Shown here piece by piece: positions 29,435-38,215 of a stretch of 64,000 nucleotides of DNA. The notes beneath the pieces are model-generated. The model did no database searches and had not been told where the DNA came from. It worked only from the letters and a program-made list of their open reading frames with translations. The first letter of the stretch is position 1. The number at the start of each line of letters is the position of its first letter. Source of the DNA: Ignavibacteriota bacterium (GTDB lineage Bacteria; Bacteroidota; Ignavibacteria; Palsa-1295); assembly GCA_963787835.1 (NCBI GenBank), contig CAWBEI010000002.1, forward strand, positions 448,001 to 512,000. Direction: 5' to 3'. The translations under genes were made by a program, and so were the position numbers.

Positions 29435-30530
29435 CAAAGACTATCAAGACTATTTCCAGGTGCTCCGCACGCGCGAAGCTCGACCCTCCTTCGAGCAGAT
29501 CGTGCAATTAGTAGCGAGCGCCGAAACTCGGGACCGATCGTTGATGCCATTCTATGCCAGGCTCGTAGGCCCGTTCGTGCTTGGCAGCATCATGGCGGCA
29601 GGTGCATGGGCACTTTTTACGCCACAGGGAGGGTCGAACGCGTCGCGAATCGTTCCTATCCGAGCAGCGATCTCAGTACGTGTTTCCGCATCATCTCTTC
29701 CGTCAGTTCCCGCACCAACAACGGAACTCGTTAGTGGAAGCGACATGAGGTTCGTTAGTACGAATGTCATCGAAAGTGGGAAAAATGTCAAAAATGGAAC
29801 CCAAATAATTCATAAGCAGATTATTGAGCCAATCTCGGTCATTCAATCCGATGCTCCGTCGGAGATAGTGATTCCGCAAGCGAATGTCGGCGACATAAAT
29901 GCTCCACTTTCTACATGCAATGTCCGGCAGCAAGCTTCCTCAATTCATCCAATTAGATATGAAGATCAACCAGCTCCTATCGCCATTCCATCGTCGGATG
30001 AAGAACTCACTGAAGATCTATTTGTAACTCTTGGCGGAGCGATCTCACAGCAACTTGGTACAAATACACAATTTCATCAGACCTCTTTCAGCGATGCATT
30101 CTTAGGCATTGGCTACGCATTCACGGCAAATTCGTCGGTACGCCTACTTGTCGGCGAGGAGGCGTTCTCCGAGCCATCCTCATTAACGACGGGCACCATT
30201 GTTTTTTACGACACGATCTTGGGCTCCAGCCATGACGTGATCGGCATGGAGAGAAACTCCAACACCCCTATACTGACCAGAATATGTTGGCTTGGAGGAA
30301 GTTACCGATATACCCTCGGCGATGAATCCTCCGTGCTCAGACCCTTTGCGGAAGTAATGGCTGGTGGCTCGACCGATGGATTCCTAACGCACCAGTCGAT
30401 TGGTGCTGAATTCATTACTTCGAATTCCATTAACTTCGATCTCCTCTTCGAAACGAGCGAATTGTTACCCTTGAATAGCTCGTGGCTGACAAAAGCTGGG
30501 ATCTCCGCAGCTATGCAATTCCGCTGGTAA
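29427..30530 (+). CDS. Putative anti-sigma factor: short N-domain, TM helix, low-complexity linker, beta-barrel-like C-terminus
   Basis: Overlaps the sigma stop; TM LVGPFVLGSIMAAGAWALF; amphipathic strands (FLGIGYAF, LGGSYRYTL, RPFAEVMAG) ending MQFRW. Confidence 0.7.
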   Translation: MYNKDYQDYFQVLRTREARPSFEQIVQLVASAETRDRSLMPFYARLVGPFVLGSIMAAGAWALFTPQGGSNASRIVPIRAAISVRVSASSLPSVPAPTTELVSGSDMRFVSTNVIESGKNVKNGTQIIHKQIIEPISVIQSDAPSEIVIPQANVGDINAPLSTCNVRQQASSIHPIRYEDQPAPIAIPSSDEELTEDLFVTLGGAISQQLGTNTQFHQTSFSDAFLGIGYAFTANSSVRLLVGEEAFSEPSSLTTGTIVFYDTILGSSHDVIGMERNSNTPILTRICWLGGSYRYTLGDESSVLRPFAEVMAGGSTDGFLTHQSIGAEFITSNSINFDLLFETSELLPLNSSWLTKAGISAAMQFRW

Positions 30531-30586
30531 GTTTGGTTCAGAACGTGAATGGGATTGCAAATCTCTCATTCTCGGTTTCCTGACTC

Positions 30587-31808
30587 ATGACTTATCACAT
30601 CACCAGAGCTGTAATCCAAGATCCAAGAAAAATTTCTCTCCTTCGCGCATTGCTGTTTGGCAGTGTGCTTATTTCCACTTCACTCTCAGTGGTTTCGTTT
30701 GCACAAATTCGAACGTTGTCGTCGCTTCCAAAGCCGGACCACATCCTTGTTGTTATTATGGAGAATCATAGCTATGACGAGATCATCGGCTCATCGGCAG
30801 CCCCGCATATCAACGCTCTCGCGAGTGGTGCAAACTCCGCAGTGTTTACACAATCGTTCGCCATCGAGCATCCGAGCCAACCGAACTATCTTGATCTCTA
30901 CTCCGGCAGCAATCAGGGGGTGACCAGTGACGACCAACCGACAAACTTGCCGTTCACAACACCTAATCTTGGCGGAGAACTAATCGACGCCGGACTTTCC
31001 TTCGCAACCTACTCCGAAGATCTTCCAAGTGTCGGATTTGGTGGCGCAACTTCCGGGAATTATGCCCAAAAACACAATCCCTCATCCGAATGGATGGGAA
31101 CCGGAACGAATCAGCTCTCGGATACCACGAACCAACCGTTCACAGCATTTCCCTCGGATTTTACACAACTGCCCACCGTGTGCTATGTCATCCCGAACCT
31201 GAACGACGACATGCACAACGGCACCGATCCATCTACCATTATCGCTGGTGACATGTGGGTCTATAACAATCTAAACACATATATCCAATGGGCGAATACG
31301 CACAATAGTCTTTTTATCATCACTTTTGACGAGGATGATAATTCACCGGTAAATCAGATTCCGACCATTTTTTCCGGGCAAATGGTAAAAACGGGGCAGT
31401 ATTCTGAAACGATCAATCATTTTAATGTACTTCGAACCATCGAAGATATCTATGGCCTTCCTCATGCCGGCAGTGCTGCAACGGCAACTCCGATCTCGGA
31501 TACCTGGCTCGTTTCATCTGACGTAACAACGCCAGAGAATCATCAACCAACGATCTCCATCTTCCCAAATCCAGCCACGAGCGGCACAAAAATTCAGTGC
31601 TCAATCGATAACATAGGTTTGGGAGAAGTTTTTATTGTCAACACACTCGGTGTTGAAGTGTCACGACTGTTTTCCGGGACACTCGTCACAGGAGATTACT
31701 CGTTTGTTTGGGATTCGACTGGAATGCCGGGCGGGGATATATGAATGTTGTATCAGAACGATCGGAACAATGGCTCATTTTCCGATTGTCTTAGTGGATC
31801 GAAACTGA
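30587..31808 (+). CDS. Phosphoesterase/acid phosphatase with T9SS C-terminal domain (frameshift near 31733)
   Basis: HILVVIMENHSYD, HPSQPNY, KHNP, DDMHNG, ITFDEDD; CTD starts IFPNP; the ORF stops at 31744 but another frame continues GIYECCIR...PIVLVDRN* to 31808. Confidence 0.85.
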
Positions 31809-31815
31809 TTCTGGA

Positions 31816-32472
31816 ATGCCCCGATTCATAAAATATAAATATTGCCTCGTCATCCTTGCGCTTGCAGGGATAACAGGCTGTGGAATGTTCGGTAAGGCAA
31901 CGAAGCCTGTTCCGATCGCCTCCCCGTATCCGCCGCTTGCCGGTGTGCTTGATGAAGAGTATCTACACTCACCATCCGGGGACATTGCCGGTCAATTTCC
32001 TAAGGGGTGGCTGCAAGTTGATATTCAAACCATCCCAATGAATAATGTCGAGGAGGTCTATACCGACCCAGAGCGCCGTTGGGCTCTGGTTCTTGCGGAG
32101 ATCCCTTCAACGGCAGAATTCCGCCGCAGCGTAGCCCGCGATGGCATGCTGGCGCTTCCGGACCAATCTTTTGCCTCAAAATATGCCAAAGCGCCCGGAA
32201 ATCTTGTCCTGACAAGGCCAGCAGAGGTCTATTCCGAAAATGGAAAGCTATTTGCAAGCTATAACTACTCTGAAACAGGAACAGACTCGCTGCACCGAAT
32301 AGAGAACCGGCAAGTGCTATTTACGACCGGCTCTAAGTTTTACGAGCTTGGAATGATAGAAATCGATACGACCGCGAACAGCCAGTCAGAGCGTGTTCAG
32401 AACTTCCGCCTGTTGGAGTCTGTTACGGCGTCGCTCGAAGGAGTAGCCGAAATTCGAGCAGACACGCTTTGA
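31816..32472 (+). CDS. Hypothetical lipoprotein
   Basis: Signal peptide with lipobox ITGC. Confidence 0.75.
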   Translation: MPRFIKYKYCLVILALAGITGCGMFGKATKPVPIASPYPPLAGVLDEEYLHSPSGDIAGQFPKGWLQVDIQTIPMNNVEEVYTDPERRWALVLAEIPSTAEFRRSVARDGMLALPDQSFASKYAKAPGNLVLTRPAEVYSENGKLFASYNYSETGTDSLHRIENRQVLFTTGSKFYELGMIEIDTTANSQSERVQNFRLLESVTASLEGVAEIRADTL

Positions 32473-32474
32473 AA

Positions 32475-32559
32475 GGATGAGGGCTGAAGGATAAAGGATG
32501 AAGGTAGGAAAATCCAAGAAATTTCCCCGTTCATACTTCATAATTCATACTTCATACTT
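32475..32559. repeat. Heptamer arrays upstream of tRNA-Gln
   Basis: GGATGAG GGCTGAA GGATAAA GGATGAA (32475-32502) and TTCATAC TTCATAA TTCATAC TTCATAC (32530-32557). Confidence 0.85.
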
Positions 32560-32564
32560 GCCAT

Positions 32565-32636
32565 TGGGGCGTCGCCAAGCGGTAAGGCACCGCCCTTTGG
32601 AGGCGGCATTCGGAGGTTCGAATCCTCCCGCCCCAG
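32565..32636 (+). tRNA. tRNA-Gln (anticodon TTG)
   Basis: Acceptor stem TGGGGCG/CGCCCCA, D arm GCCAAGCGGTAAGGC, anticodon arm CCGCC-CTTTGGA-GGCGG, T arm GGAGGTTCGAATCCTCC; CCA not encoded. Confidence 0.97.
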
Positions 32637-32650
32637 CTTTTTGGGAAAAG

Positions 32651-32751
32651 ATGAATTATGAAGTATGAAGTATGAAAGAATATCGGTATTTTTTCTCGCT
32701 TCTTAATCACTAAATTTTCCGGCATTTTTTCATACTTCATAATTCATACTT
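32651..32751. repeat. Heptamer arrays downstream of tRNA-Gln (mutually inverted)
   Basis: ATGAATTATGAAGTATGAAGTATGAA (32651-32676) and TTCATACTTCATAATTCATACTT (32729-32751). Confidence 0.88.
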
Positions 32752-32759
32752 GCTCAAAA

Positions 32760-34070
32760 ATGTTACCTACAGTTGCAATAGTCGGTCGGCCGAATGTCGG
32801 GAAATCGACGCTGTTCAACCGGCTGGCCGGTGAGCGGCGCGCTATCACCGAAGCGACATCCGGCGTTACCCGCGACAGGCATTACACCAAAGCCGAATGG
32901 TCCGGGTATGAGTATAATCTGATCGACACCGGCGGAGTTGTATCCGGTTCCAATGACATTTTCGAACGTGCGATCAAAGAACAAGCTGAGATCGCGATCG
33001 AAGAAGCCGATGTGATCCTCTTTGTTGCCGATGTCACCTCCGGACTTCATCCGCTCGATTCCGAAGTAGCGCAGATGCTGCGGAAATCCGGCAAACCCAT
33101 TTTTTTGCTTGCTAACAAAGCCGATAACGAAAAACGCGAACCGCTTGCAGCCAGCGAATTTTATCCGCTCGGCTTGGGCGAACCAATTCCTATCAGCGCC
33201 ATCAACGGACGCGGCGTAGCGGATTTCCTCGATGAGCTTCTGAAGAAATTCCCGCCCAAAGAAGAAAAAAGCGATGAGCCGGAGCCATTGAAACTTGCAA
33301 TCGTCGGCAAGCCGAACGTCGGAAAGTCAAGCTATTTGAATGCCCTGTTAGGACAAGACCGCGCCATTGTCACCCCCATCGCAGGAACCACGCGCGATAC
33401 GTTACATACCGATTACAGCTATTACGGACAAAAGATCACGCTCATAGATACCGCCGGACTTCGCCGTAAGAAATATATCTCCGACTCGATAGAACTTTAT
33501 TCCACCATCCGCACGATGAAGGCCATCGAGGAGTGCGACGTTGCACTGGTCATGCTCGATGCCACGCAGGGGATGGAAAATCAGGATGCAAAGATCGTTA
33601 ATGAAGTGGTTGAGGCGCGAAAGGGTGCAGTGATCGTCATCAACAAATGGGATGCCGTTGAAAAGGACACAATGACCTCAGCGAATTTCGAAAAGCAACT
33701 GCGCGAGACGTTCCGAACGCTGGATTACATTCCCATCGTCTTCATCAGCGCACTGACCCATTTGCGGCACACGAAACCCATTGATATTGCTCTGAAAGTA
33801 AATGCCGGTCGCAAGAAACGCATTGACACCAGCGAGCTGAACGGTGTTCTTCTCGAAGAGATCGGCCGCACTCCACCGCCCGGCGTGCGCGGACACGACC
33901 TGCGCATCAATTATATCACGCAAGTCAATACCGAGCCGCCCGTCTTCGCCTTTTTCTCCAATTTTCCCGAGGAGATCCCCAGCGCCTACAAACGCTTCCT
34001 CGAACGCGCGCTCCGTAACCATTTCGGCTTCGAAGGCGTGACGGTTTCGTTTGTGTTTAGGAAGAAATGA
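32760..34070 (+). CDS. der: Ribosome biogenesis GTPase Der (EngA)
   Basis: Two G domains (GRPNVGKS/DTGG/NKAD and GKPNVGKS/DTAG/NKWD) and a KH-like tail. Confidence 0.98.
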   Translation: MLPTVAIVGRPNVGKSTLFNRLAGERRAITEATSGVTRDRHYTKAEWSGYEYNLIDTGGVVSGSNDIFERAIKEQAEIAIEEADVILFVADVTSGLHPLDSEVAQMLRKSGKPIFLLANKADNEKREPLAASEFYPLGLGEPIPISAINGRGVADFLDELLKKFPPKEEKSDEPEPLKLAIVGKPNVGKSSYLNALLGQDRAIVTPIAGTTRDTLHTDYSYYGQKITLIDTAGLRRKKYISDSIELYSTIRTMKAIEECDVALVMLDATQGMENQDAKIVNEVVEARKGAVIVINKWDAVEKDTMTSANFEKQLRETFRTLDYIPIVFISALTHLRHTKPIDIALKVNAGRKKRIDTSELNGVLLEEIGRTPPPGVRGHDLRINYITQVNTEPPVFAFFSNFPEEIPSAYKRFLERALRNHFGFEGVTVSFVFRKK

Positions 34071-34116
34071 GCGGGGTCTATATTCATTCTTTCGTCAAGC
34101 TAAACATTAAGAGGCC

Positions 34117-34944
34117 ATGATTCGAATTGATGGTAAAGATACTTACATAGTATATGCCGACTGGAATATTTTTGACGATATTACAAAATCAAGACAGAAT
34201 GAGCTCGAGAAAGTTGTTGCTTTAGCAAAAGAGAAGAAATCAATTATTTGTCCATATTCCATCATCCACCTCCATGAGGCTAGCAACGTCGATCTTACAA
34301 TTCCCGATGGAGATAAATTAGTTGATATTAACTATAATTCAATCCGTTCTTTCTCAGATTTTTGGCATATCGAGAATGCCGATGCTTCGGATCTCAGAGT
34401 GCGAAGAGTCGATCCTTCCGAAATTCTTGACCCACCTTTAGCCCGATCGTTTATCACGAACTTTGAAAATGCGATAGCTCCAATTATGGAAGGAATTGCT
34501 ATAGTCCGTCAAAATGCTAAAGATCATGGATTAGATTCAAAAGTTTTAAATAACACATCGTCAAAAAATTTTATATCAAGAGTTGATGATATTCTTGTTT
34601 CACAAGAAAATTTAGCAGAATACAGGCATCTTGCACCTGAGGGTTTAACCTTCGATGATCTCTTGGTTTTAGGCTCAAAAATTGCTGGGACAAATGCCCA
34701 TCAGGAGCTTGTGCTTGTTTATGTTCTCTCAGACCTGACTGGCTATCACAGTGATCGCGTCGCTGATTTAAAATCGCTCTGGAGGGACGCCTCCCATGTC
34801 GCCTTTGCACGAGGTGCAGATGTTTTAATATCTTCAGATAAGCGTTTGCGACAGAAGGCTACCTTAACTTATGAAAAGCTTGGTTGGCCAACCATAGTTC
34901 TTGATGCCGTTGATGCTGCAAAATTAATTGAGCAAATCCCTTAA
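34117..34944 (+). CDS. Hypothetical protein with PIN-like motifs
   Basis: IVYADWNIF, PYSIIHLHE, DASHVAFARGADVLISSDKRL; markedly AT-rich. Confidence 0.7.
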   Translation: MIRIDGKDTYIVYADWNIFDDITKSRQNELEKVVALAKEKKSIICPYSIIHLHEASNVDLTIPDGDKLVDINYNSIRSFSDFWHIENADASDLRVRRVDPSEILDPPLARSFITNFENAIAPIMEGIAIVRQNAKDHGLDSKVLNNTSSKNFISRVDDILVSQENLAEYRHLAPEGLTFDDLLVLGSKIAGTNAHQELVLVYVLSDLTGYHSDRVADLKSLWRDASHVAFARGADVLISSDKRLRQKATLTYEKLGWPTIVLDAVDAAKLIEQIP

Positions 34945-35014
34945 TTTGATAGGCATTAAGAAATCCCCTCCCCATTCGGCACAACTTGGGCGATCTGTAA
35001 GTTTAAGAGCGTCC

Positions 35015-35066
35015 CGCATGATTGCTCATCCGATGACCGCTCATCCCCCGCGCATGATTGCTCATG
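35015..35066. promoter_or_regulatory. Three copies of the quasi-palindrome ATGA-N4-TCAT (possible operator)
   Basis: ATGATTGCTCAT (35018), ATGACCGCTCAT (35033), ATGATTGCTCAT (35054) just before the MBOAT ATG. Confidence 0.5.
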
Positions 35067-35077
35067 CTTGATTTTTC

Positions 35078-36499
35078 ATGGTTTTTAACAGCCTTGCGTT
35101 CGCCATTTTCCTGCCGATCGTCCTAATCGGCTATTACCTGCTGCCCTTCAAAGGCCAGAACAGGTTTCTGCTGGTGGCCAGCCTCTTTTTTTATGCCTGG
35201 TGGGACTGGCGGTTTCTGTTCTTGCTTGGCCTCACCATCGTCGTAGATTACTATTCCTCGCAGGCCATCAAGCGGGCTACGGAAAGGAAAATAAAGCTCC
35301 GCTGGCTTAGGCTATCGCTTGGAAGCAATCTTCTCGTACTCAGCATATTCAAGTACAGCAATTTTTTCATCTCTTCGTTCGCCGCGATGCTTACGCAGAT
35401 CGGGTTCCATGTGCATCCGGTTACACTCCAACTTGCGCTGCCGATCGGAATAAGTTTCTATACGTTCATGTCGATGTCCTACGTGATCGACGTGTATTGG
35501 GGCAAGTTCGATCCGGCCGAGAATTTCTGGGATTTCGGGCTCTTCGTTTCTTATTTCCCGCATCTTGTGGCTGGCCCAATTTTGCGTGCAGGTCAACTTC
35601 TGCCGCAGATCATGAAGCCGCGCACTGTTTCGAAAGAGCAGATACGCGATGGATTGGCGCTCATCCTGCTCGGACTCATTCGCAAAGTGCTTATCGCCGA
35701 TCTTGTGGCGGGTATGGTCGATGAAGCATTCACCAGCGTTCACGCGATGACAAGCGCCGATCTGCTGTTCCGCATGTGGCTCTTTACCATCCAAATTTAT
35801 GGCGATTTTGCAGGATATAGCGACATGGCTCGCGGCATCAGCAAATTATTTGGGATCGAACTCCATATCAATTTCGCGACGCCATTTCTATCGCAGAACA
35901 TCACGGAACTTTGGCGCAGATGGCATATCTCGCTTTCAAGCTGGCTGCGCGATTACGTTTATATCCCGCTCGGCGGAAGCCGAAAAGGACCTGCCCGAAC
36001 CTACTTCAATAATTTTATCACCATGATCGTGAGCGGCCTTTGGCATGGCGCGAACTGGACGTTCGTCGGTTTTGGCGCAGTCAATGGGATCGGACTTGCC
36101 ATTCATAAAGCGTGGCTTAGGATCACCAAACGAACGGTTCCCAAAGGATTTGGAACTCCCAAATGGACGTGGAAATCGCCATTTATGATTCTCATGACGA
36201 TCAATCTCTATTCTTTCTCCCTGTTGCTGTTTCGCACTCCAAATTTTGCTACATTCGGCGCGTATGTGTCTCGAATGTTTTCGTTCGTGCCGGGAATTCA
36301 TAAAGGAGCCACACTTTTTGTTCTGCCACTAATATTACTCTCGTTCACACTCGATATTCTGCAATACACAGGATTCGGACAGCGTATGTTCGAGCGCATG
36401 AATTTTGCAACGCAAACCGTGGCCTTCGGTATTCTCTTCGCGCTCGTGCTCATTGCCGGTTCGGATAATAGCATTCCATTCATTTATTTTCAATTCTAA
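35078..36499 (+). CDS. MBOAT O-acyltransferase (AlgI/PatA-like)
   Basis: LPIGISFYTF, QIYGDFAGYSDMARG, WRRWHISLSSWLRDYVYIPLGG, GLWHGA, C-terminal FIYFQF. Confidence 0.95.
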   Translation: MVFNSLAFAIFLPIVLIGYYLLPFKGQNRFLLVASLFFYAWWDWRFLFLLGLTIVVDYYSSQAIKRATERKIKLRWLRLSLGSNLLVLSIFKYSNFFISSFAAMLTQIGFHVHPVTLQLALPIGISFYTFMSMSYVIDVYWGKFDPAENFWDFGLFVSYFPHLVAGPILRAGQLLPQIMKPRTVSKEQIRDGLALILLGLIRKVLIADLVAGMVDEAFTSVHAMTSADLLFRMWLFTIQIYGDFAGYSDMARGISKLFGIELHINFATPFLSQNITELWRRWHISLSSWLRDYVYIPLGGSRKGPARTYFNNFITMIVSGLWHGANWTFVGFGAVNGIGLAIHKAWLRITKRTVPKGFGTPKWTWKSPFMILMTINLYSFSLLLFRTPNFATFGAYVSRMFSFVPGIHKGATLFVLPLILLSFTLDILQYTGFGQRMFERMNFATQTVAFGILFALVLIAGSDNSIPFIYFQF

Positions 36500-36502
36500 G
36501 GA

Positions 36503-37525
36503 ATGCAGAACCGATTCATCTCACAATACTTTGCGGAATTTCGCTACACATTTGCAGCGGGAATCTGCATTGTTGTAATTGCCTACGCGGTGATCGTTGG
36601 GCTTGTGCTTGCCGTGCCGCATTTGCCATTGGCGAACAAGCGCACCTTCTATGGCTTACTCCGAGCACAGATGGCAATCGATGAAGGCAAAAAGCTTCCG
36701 GAAACGAAGCAGGAGATGGTGCTTTTTCTTGGCAGTTCTGTGGTCGAACGCGGAGTTTCCGAACTTTCGATGGATAGCGTCTTCCGGAACGAACATCTTC
36801 CTTATGAAACGATGAACGCTGGCACCGGCGGTTTCTGCGCCGATGCAAACCTTCCTATGTTCCGCGCCATGCTCGATGATGGATTAAAGCCAACGTTCGT
36901 CATTTACGGCGTTAGCATTCAGGAGTTGAATGGCGCTTCAACCGTCCATGCTTTTTTGGGAACGAAAGATACGGCCTCCGTAAAACTAAAACCCAAAACA
37001 TTCTGGAATATCTTGCGTTATGGCCCAACGGCGCTTGCTCCTCTTATGAGTGGCGACCACTTCCACCAGTATGTTTTTGCGGCGAATAATGCCTTTCGAG
37101 ATGTGCCGAACCTGAACCTCTTCAACCGCCTGATGTTCGGCGAGAATAGCCCGCCACGCGACAGCACCTACGTGTTTAACCCTATCTACCTTCAGGATCT
37201 AAAAGAGATCGTGACGATGTGCCAGTCACGCGGGATAAAGGTAGCTCTTTATAATGCCCCGCTCCGCAAGCGCACAACGAGTGAGGTGGATATTCCGTAC
37301 GAACATCGCGGCGACAGTTACGAAAAAGTTCTCGGCCTCGCGAAAGAGCAGCATATTCCATTCTGGAATTTTGACAGAGTGGGAATTTTCACTTATTCGG
37401 AATTCCAGGATAATTACCATCTCACCCCGATGGGCGCGAAGAAGATCTCTGCCATGCTTGCCGATTCCATTGCTCACTGGCAAGCAAGTTCTCACACTCA
37501 GGATGGCATCGAGACGCTGGAATAA
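36503..37525 (+). CDS. SGNH-like periplasmic acyltransferase partner
   Basis: N-terminal TM, FLGSS, FQDNYHL (DxxH); follows the MBOAT gene. Confidence 0.8.
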   Translation: MQNRFISQYFAEFRYTFAAGICIVVIAYAVIVGLVLAVPHLPLANKRTFYGLLRAQMAIDEGKKLPETKQEMVLFLGSSVVERGVSELSMDSVFRNEHLPYETMNAGTGGFCADANLPMFRAMLDDGLKPTFVIYGVSIQELNGASTVHAFLGTKDTASVKLKPKTFWNILRYGPTALAPLMSGDHFHQYVFAANNAFRDVPNLNLFNRLMFGENSPPRDSTYVFNPIYLQDLKEIVTMCQSRGIKVALYNAPLRKRTTSEVDIPYEHRGDSYEKVLGLAKEQHIPFWNFDRVGIFTYSEFQDNYHLTPMGAKKISAMLADSIAHWQASSHTQDGIETLE

Positions 37526-38077
37526 CTAACTTCGGATCAGAAAAAAAAGCGCCACAACAGCAGCAGCCCCAAGCACGACCATAATCGGTTCCAGCGTGTT
37601 CGACCAAAAACCGCTCTGCGGAGGTCCGTAGTGCACGTAGCGCGATGCGTTATTCTGTAACTGCATCCAATCGCTCGGGGTGAGATCAATAGTTACTGTG
37701 CGAGCAAGCGTGCGTGAGACCGCGATGGAATTCATCGGCTGCAGGAGTTCGCCTTGCATTCTAATATCCATACGGGCCTTCCCGGAATCCATCCGCTGAA
37801 CATTCGCAGAAAGTTGGGATACATAAAAAAGCGGTGCAGAGGCAACCATCGCCTTTTGCACCGCCGTAAATAATGGAGTATAGGTGCTATCGCCAGCCAG
37901 TAATGCCTGGCTACCGTTGATTGAAGGCACCATCGGCATGAGCGAAGACGCAAGCACACTATCTACTCGAGTAAGTTGCGCACACAATCCTGACGGTAAG
38001 GCGAAGATCGTCGAGGTGAAGATCAAGAGATTTAACGCCATTGCGAGGAGAATAAAGCGACCCGCATGATCGGTCAT
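37526..38077 (-). CDS. Hypothetical exported protein with a C-terminal TM anchor
   Basis: Signal-like region from MTDHAGRF; C-terminal LEPIMVVLGAAAVVALFFLIRS; the longer start (38185) runs through a palindromic repeat. Confidence 0.7.
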   Translation of the reverse strand: MTDHAGRFILLAMALNLLIFTSTIFALPSGLCAQLTRVDSVLASSLMPMVPSINGSQALLAGDSTYTPLFTAVQKAMVASAPLFYVSQLSANVQRMDSGKARMDIRMQGELLQPMNSIAVSRTLARTVTIDLTPSDWMQLQNNASRYVHYGPPQSGFWSNTLEPIMVVLGAAAVVALFFLIRS

Positions 38078-38180
38078 GCGTGAAGGAATCTTATTAGACG
38101 AAGCAATCTCCGTCTCAACATGCAGCGATTGCTTCGAAAGAATCACTCCGCTTCGCTTCGTGACTCTTTCTCGCAATGAC
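38073..38180. repeat. Palindromic REP/RPE-like element
   Basis: Outer GTCAT.GCG...CGCAATGAC and inner GAAGCAATC...GATTGCTTC. Confidence 0.75.
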
Positions 38181-38215
38181 ATCATATCAATGTTTTTATT
38201 CTAGCGACGTGTACC

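Noticed and set aside
32475-32751. Heptamer arrays as a CRISPR array
   Set aside because: Units are 7 nt and contiguous, with no unique spacers and no cas genes in the window
32565-34944. tRNA-Gln as the integration site of an island or prophage
   Set aside because: No integrase, no duplicated tRNA 3' end seen, and the core gene der follows directly
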